Assembly: GCA_050575255.1 (NCBI GenBank)
Contig: JBNZDD010013670.1
Location: forward strand, 3,513,457-3,577,456
Direction: 5' to 3'
Source: Harriotta raleighana
Lineage: Eukaryota
Length of the DNA stretch: 64,000 nt
The notes beneath the pieces were generated by a model. The model had not been told where the DNA came from. It saw only the letters and a program-made list of their open reading frames with translations, and did no database searches. This document shows positions 61,611-64,000 of this stretch, piece after piece; position 1 is the first letter of the stretch; every line of letters begins with the position of its first letter. The translations under genes were made by a program, and so were the position numbers.

Positions 61611-61982
61611 AACATAAAACATAATAAGTTTTAGGAGCAGGAGTAGGCCATTCATCCCCGCTAACCTGCCCCGCCATTCAATAAGATCATAAACCCCACT
61701 TACCCGCTTTATCCCCAAATCCCTTAATCCCTTTCTCCACAAGAAATCTCAGTCTTCAATATGTTCAAGGACTGAGCATCTATGGCCTTTTTGGGGTAAA
61801 GAATTCCATAAATTCATTGCCCTTTGAGTGAAGAAGTTTTTTCTCAACTCAGTGTGAAAAGGTTGACACCGAATTTTAAGACTGATCGCTGGTTATACTT
61901 ATTCCAATCAGGGGAAACAGTCTCCCTCTATCTACTCTGTTGTGCCCCTTAATAATCTTATAGGTTTCTAAAAGATCACATC
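61611..61982 (-). mobile_element. CR1 (HER1-type) 3' fragment
   Basis: TTAGGAGCAGGAGTAGGCCATTC..CCGCCATTCAATAAGATCAT..AATATGTTCAAGGACTGAGCATC, as at 3555 and 40643. Confidence 0.9.
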
Positions 61983-62804
61983 ATGACTTTCCAGAAATAG
62001 CTTGCTTTTCAATATAGTATCTCCATTATAATAGTGCAGAAACCTACTACTGCACCAATAAAACAAACTATAAAGTAGACACACAATTAAAACAAATGGT
62101 CTTGTTCATCTTAAAAGTGAAAAGTATATTCTTTCATTGCCAGAAAATGTACTGACGTTGGAGGTACACTTATTTTACTCGTTACCTGTTGAAATGTTCA
62201 TTTATATTACCATTGTGCAGTGCACAAACACTTGAAAAGGCAAGATATATTAATTAAAAATACCTGCCTCCTGCATATTAATGGACACTTTTACTTAAAA
62301 AATCCCATAATATATTTTTTCTTTCATTCTTTGAATTGTGGGCTTTTGCCCCTACCCATGAAGGTACTTGATAAGGTTAACCCCTGATGTGTGTAGGGAA
62401 TACTGTGTTTTTATATTTTTTAAGATTGAACTGGGTTAAGAATGTAGGGTGATGAAATTGCGATTGCCGACTTAAGCAAGAGAAAAAACGTTAGAGGACC
62501 AATGCCAAATAGTAATAACTACAGATTAAGACAATAAATATTTTGATAAATAGAGAGAAGGAGAAAGAAGTTCAAGGCAAGAGTCCAAAGACAGTTGAAT
62601 CAGATGAAAAGTCTTTTTTTATACCCAGTCCGGGTCTCCCAAGTCGGGTGCGAGAATAGCATTCCTAGATAATGGAGCAGTAACTCTTGAACAGATCTAT
62701 ATATTTTTAGAAGCTTAAGAAATGTTCAAGAGAAAATAAGTGTTTGAGCAGATGCGGAATTAAACTTCTTTGAGAGATCTTTATCAATGGCGTTATGGCA
62801 TACT

Positions 62805-63348
62805 ATAGATTCATAAATTCATAGATTCATAGAATTTTACGGCACAAAAGGAGGCCATTCGGCCCATCTAGTCTGTGCCGGCTCTTTGAAAAGAGCGATT
62901 TAATCCCACTGCCCTGCTCGCTCCCCATAGCCTAATAGACCTGTTCTCCCTAAATAAAGATCTAATTCCCTTTTAAAAGTTGTTATCGAATCAGCCTCCA
63001 CCACCTTTTCAGGCAATGCATTCCAGATTTGAACAACTCGCTGAGTGAAAAAATTTCTCCTCAGCTCCCCCCTACTTCGCTTTGAAACTATTTTAAATCT
63101 GTGACCACGGGTCACAGATTCGCCCACGAGTGGAAATAGTTTTTCTCTATTTGCCCTGTCGAAACCCCTCATGATCTTATAAACTTCTATTAGGTCTCCC
63201 CTCAATCTTCTCTGTTCTAGAGAGAATAACCCTAGCCTATCTAGCCTTTCCTCATAGGTGAAGTCCCTCAATCCTGGCACCATCCTAGTAAATCTTCTTT
63301 GTACCCTTTCCAATGCCTTCACATCCTTTCTATAGTGTGGTGACCAGA
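62805..63348 (-). mobile_element. CR1 LINE 3' end, young, uninterrupted ORF2 C-terminus
   Basis: 140-aa ORF KALERVQRRFTRMVPGL..LEQRRLRGDLIEVYKIMRG..NFFTQRVVQIWNALP..GYGERAGQWD*; minus tail AAATTCTATGAATCTATGAATTTATGAATCTAT. Confidence 0.96.
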
Positions 63349-64000
63349 GATTTTGTTTGAAATCAATGGAAATACTGTGACCAAGTTAACATGAATAGGA
63401 GTAAAGCCATCAATTGTGAAATGGAACATTTGTTGGTCTCTCTTGTAAGAGACATGGAGAAATTGTTCTTAAAGAGCTGATAATAGCAAAATTTTCATTG
63501 CTCCACCACAAACTCTGGGTGATATCAAATATCTTGTGTTTGAACATTGCCTAGTGAAGAGAAAACATTGCCAAAGGTATATAGTGGTAATTTACAAAAC
63601 AGAAACAAGGATTGGAGATTTAAGAACAACTAGAAATTGAAGGAGATGTTGGTTTAATTAGCTTGGAGGGTCGTAATCACAGCAAATACTTTCTTTAGTA
63701 TTTCTTTTGTATAAATTTACCAAAATTATTTTTATCCATTCAGGTAGTTCACCAAAGGTTGTTTTCAATGATAGATATGGAAAGTATATTTCCCTGATGG
63801 TGAATTGCAATTACCTGTTAGTTAAAATGTACATCCTTCATTATAATCAATACAACTTGTTTTGCTGCAATTCTAGCAGATTTGGGGACAATTCCTCATT
63901 TTTCAAGAGGTGCAGTTGTTTCAATGATGAAAGTTCAGCATGCAAATTTAACATTTAATAGTCCTCAATGAGTCATATCTCAGTACTTTGATTGATAGAA

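Noticed and set aside
62684-62732. 10-bp inverted repeat CTCTTGAACA..TGTTCAAGAG
   Set aside because: Stem too short and loop too long (29 nt) for a miRNA precursor; compatible with chance.
3555-63348. Minus-strand excess of longer LINE fragments as evidence for a plus-strand host gene
   Set aside because: Too few elements, several plus-strand copies exist; cannot be distinguished from chance.
1-64000. ORF-track ORFs as host protein-coding genes
   Set aside because: All are short, many start at non-ATG codons, and none has a recognisable host-protein motif; the protein-like ones are CR1/L2 ORF2 remnants or antisense/repeat translations.

Overview
AT-rich, repeat-dense vertebrate genomic DNA. 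The repeat set (HER1-type and other CR1 LINEs, L2 LINEs, Deu-domain tRNA SINEs) points to a cartilaginous fish, possibly a chimaera such as Callorhinchus; this is inference. I recognise no host protein-coding exon, rRNA or genuine tRNA gene. The only protein-like ORFs are decayed CR1/L2 ORF2 (reverse transcriptase) fragments, so the window looks like a long intron or gene desert. Contents: about 10 CR1 and about 10 L2 fragments, about 20 copies of a young tRNA-head/Deu-like/L2-tail SINE (two subfamilies), older SacSINE1-like SINEs, 7 TA-targeting Tc1/mariner-pogo-type MITEs (three mosaic subtypes) and several unclassified old repeats. Nine single-N joins each carry an artefactual local duplication. 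Best leads: (1) an unclassified ~300-bp repeat whose 15-mer TTAAGAGTATCCAAA is invariant in four otherwise diverged copies; (2) a minus-strand polypyrimidine-CAG|GTAAGG site resembling a recursive splice site, next to a TE-free, motif-rich enhancer-like block; (3) MITEs carrying NRF1/YY1-like motifs; (4) two apparently independent L2-tail insertions at the same SINE position. I cannot demonstrate a new biological system from sequence alone. Coordinates of old, decayed repeats are approximate and family names come from recall, not a database search.
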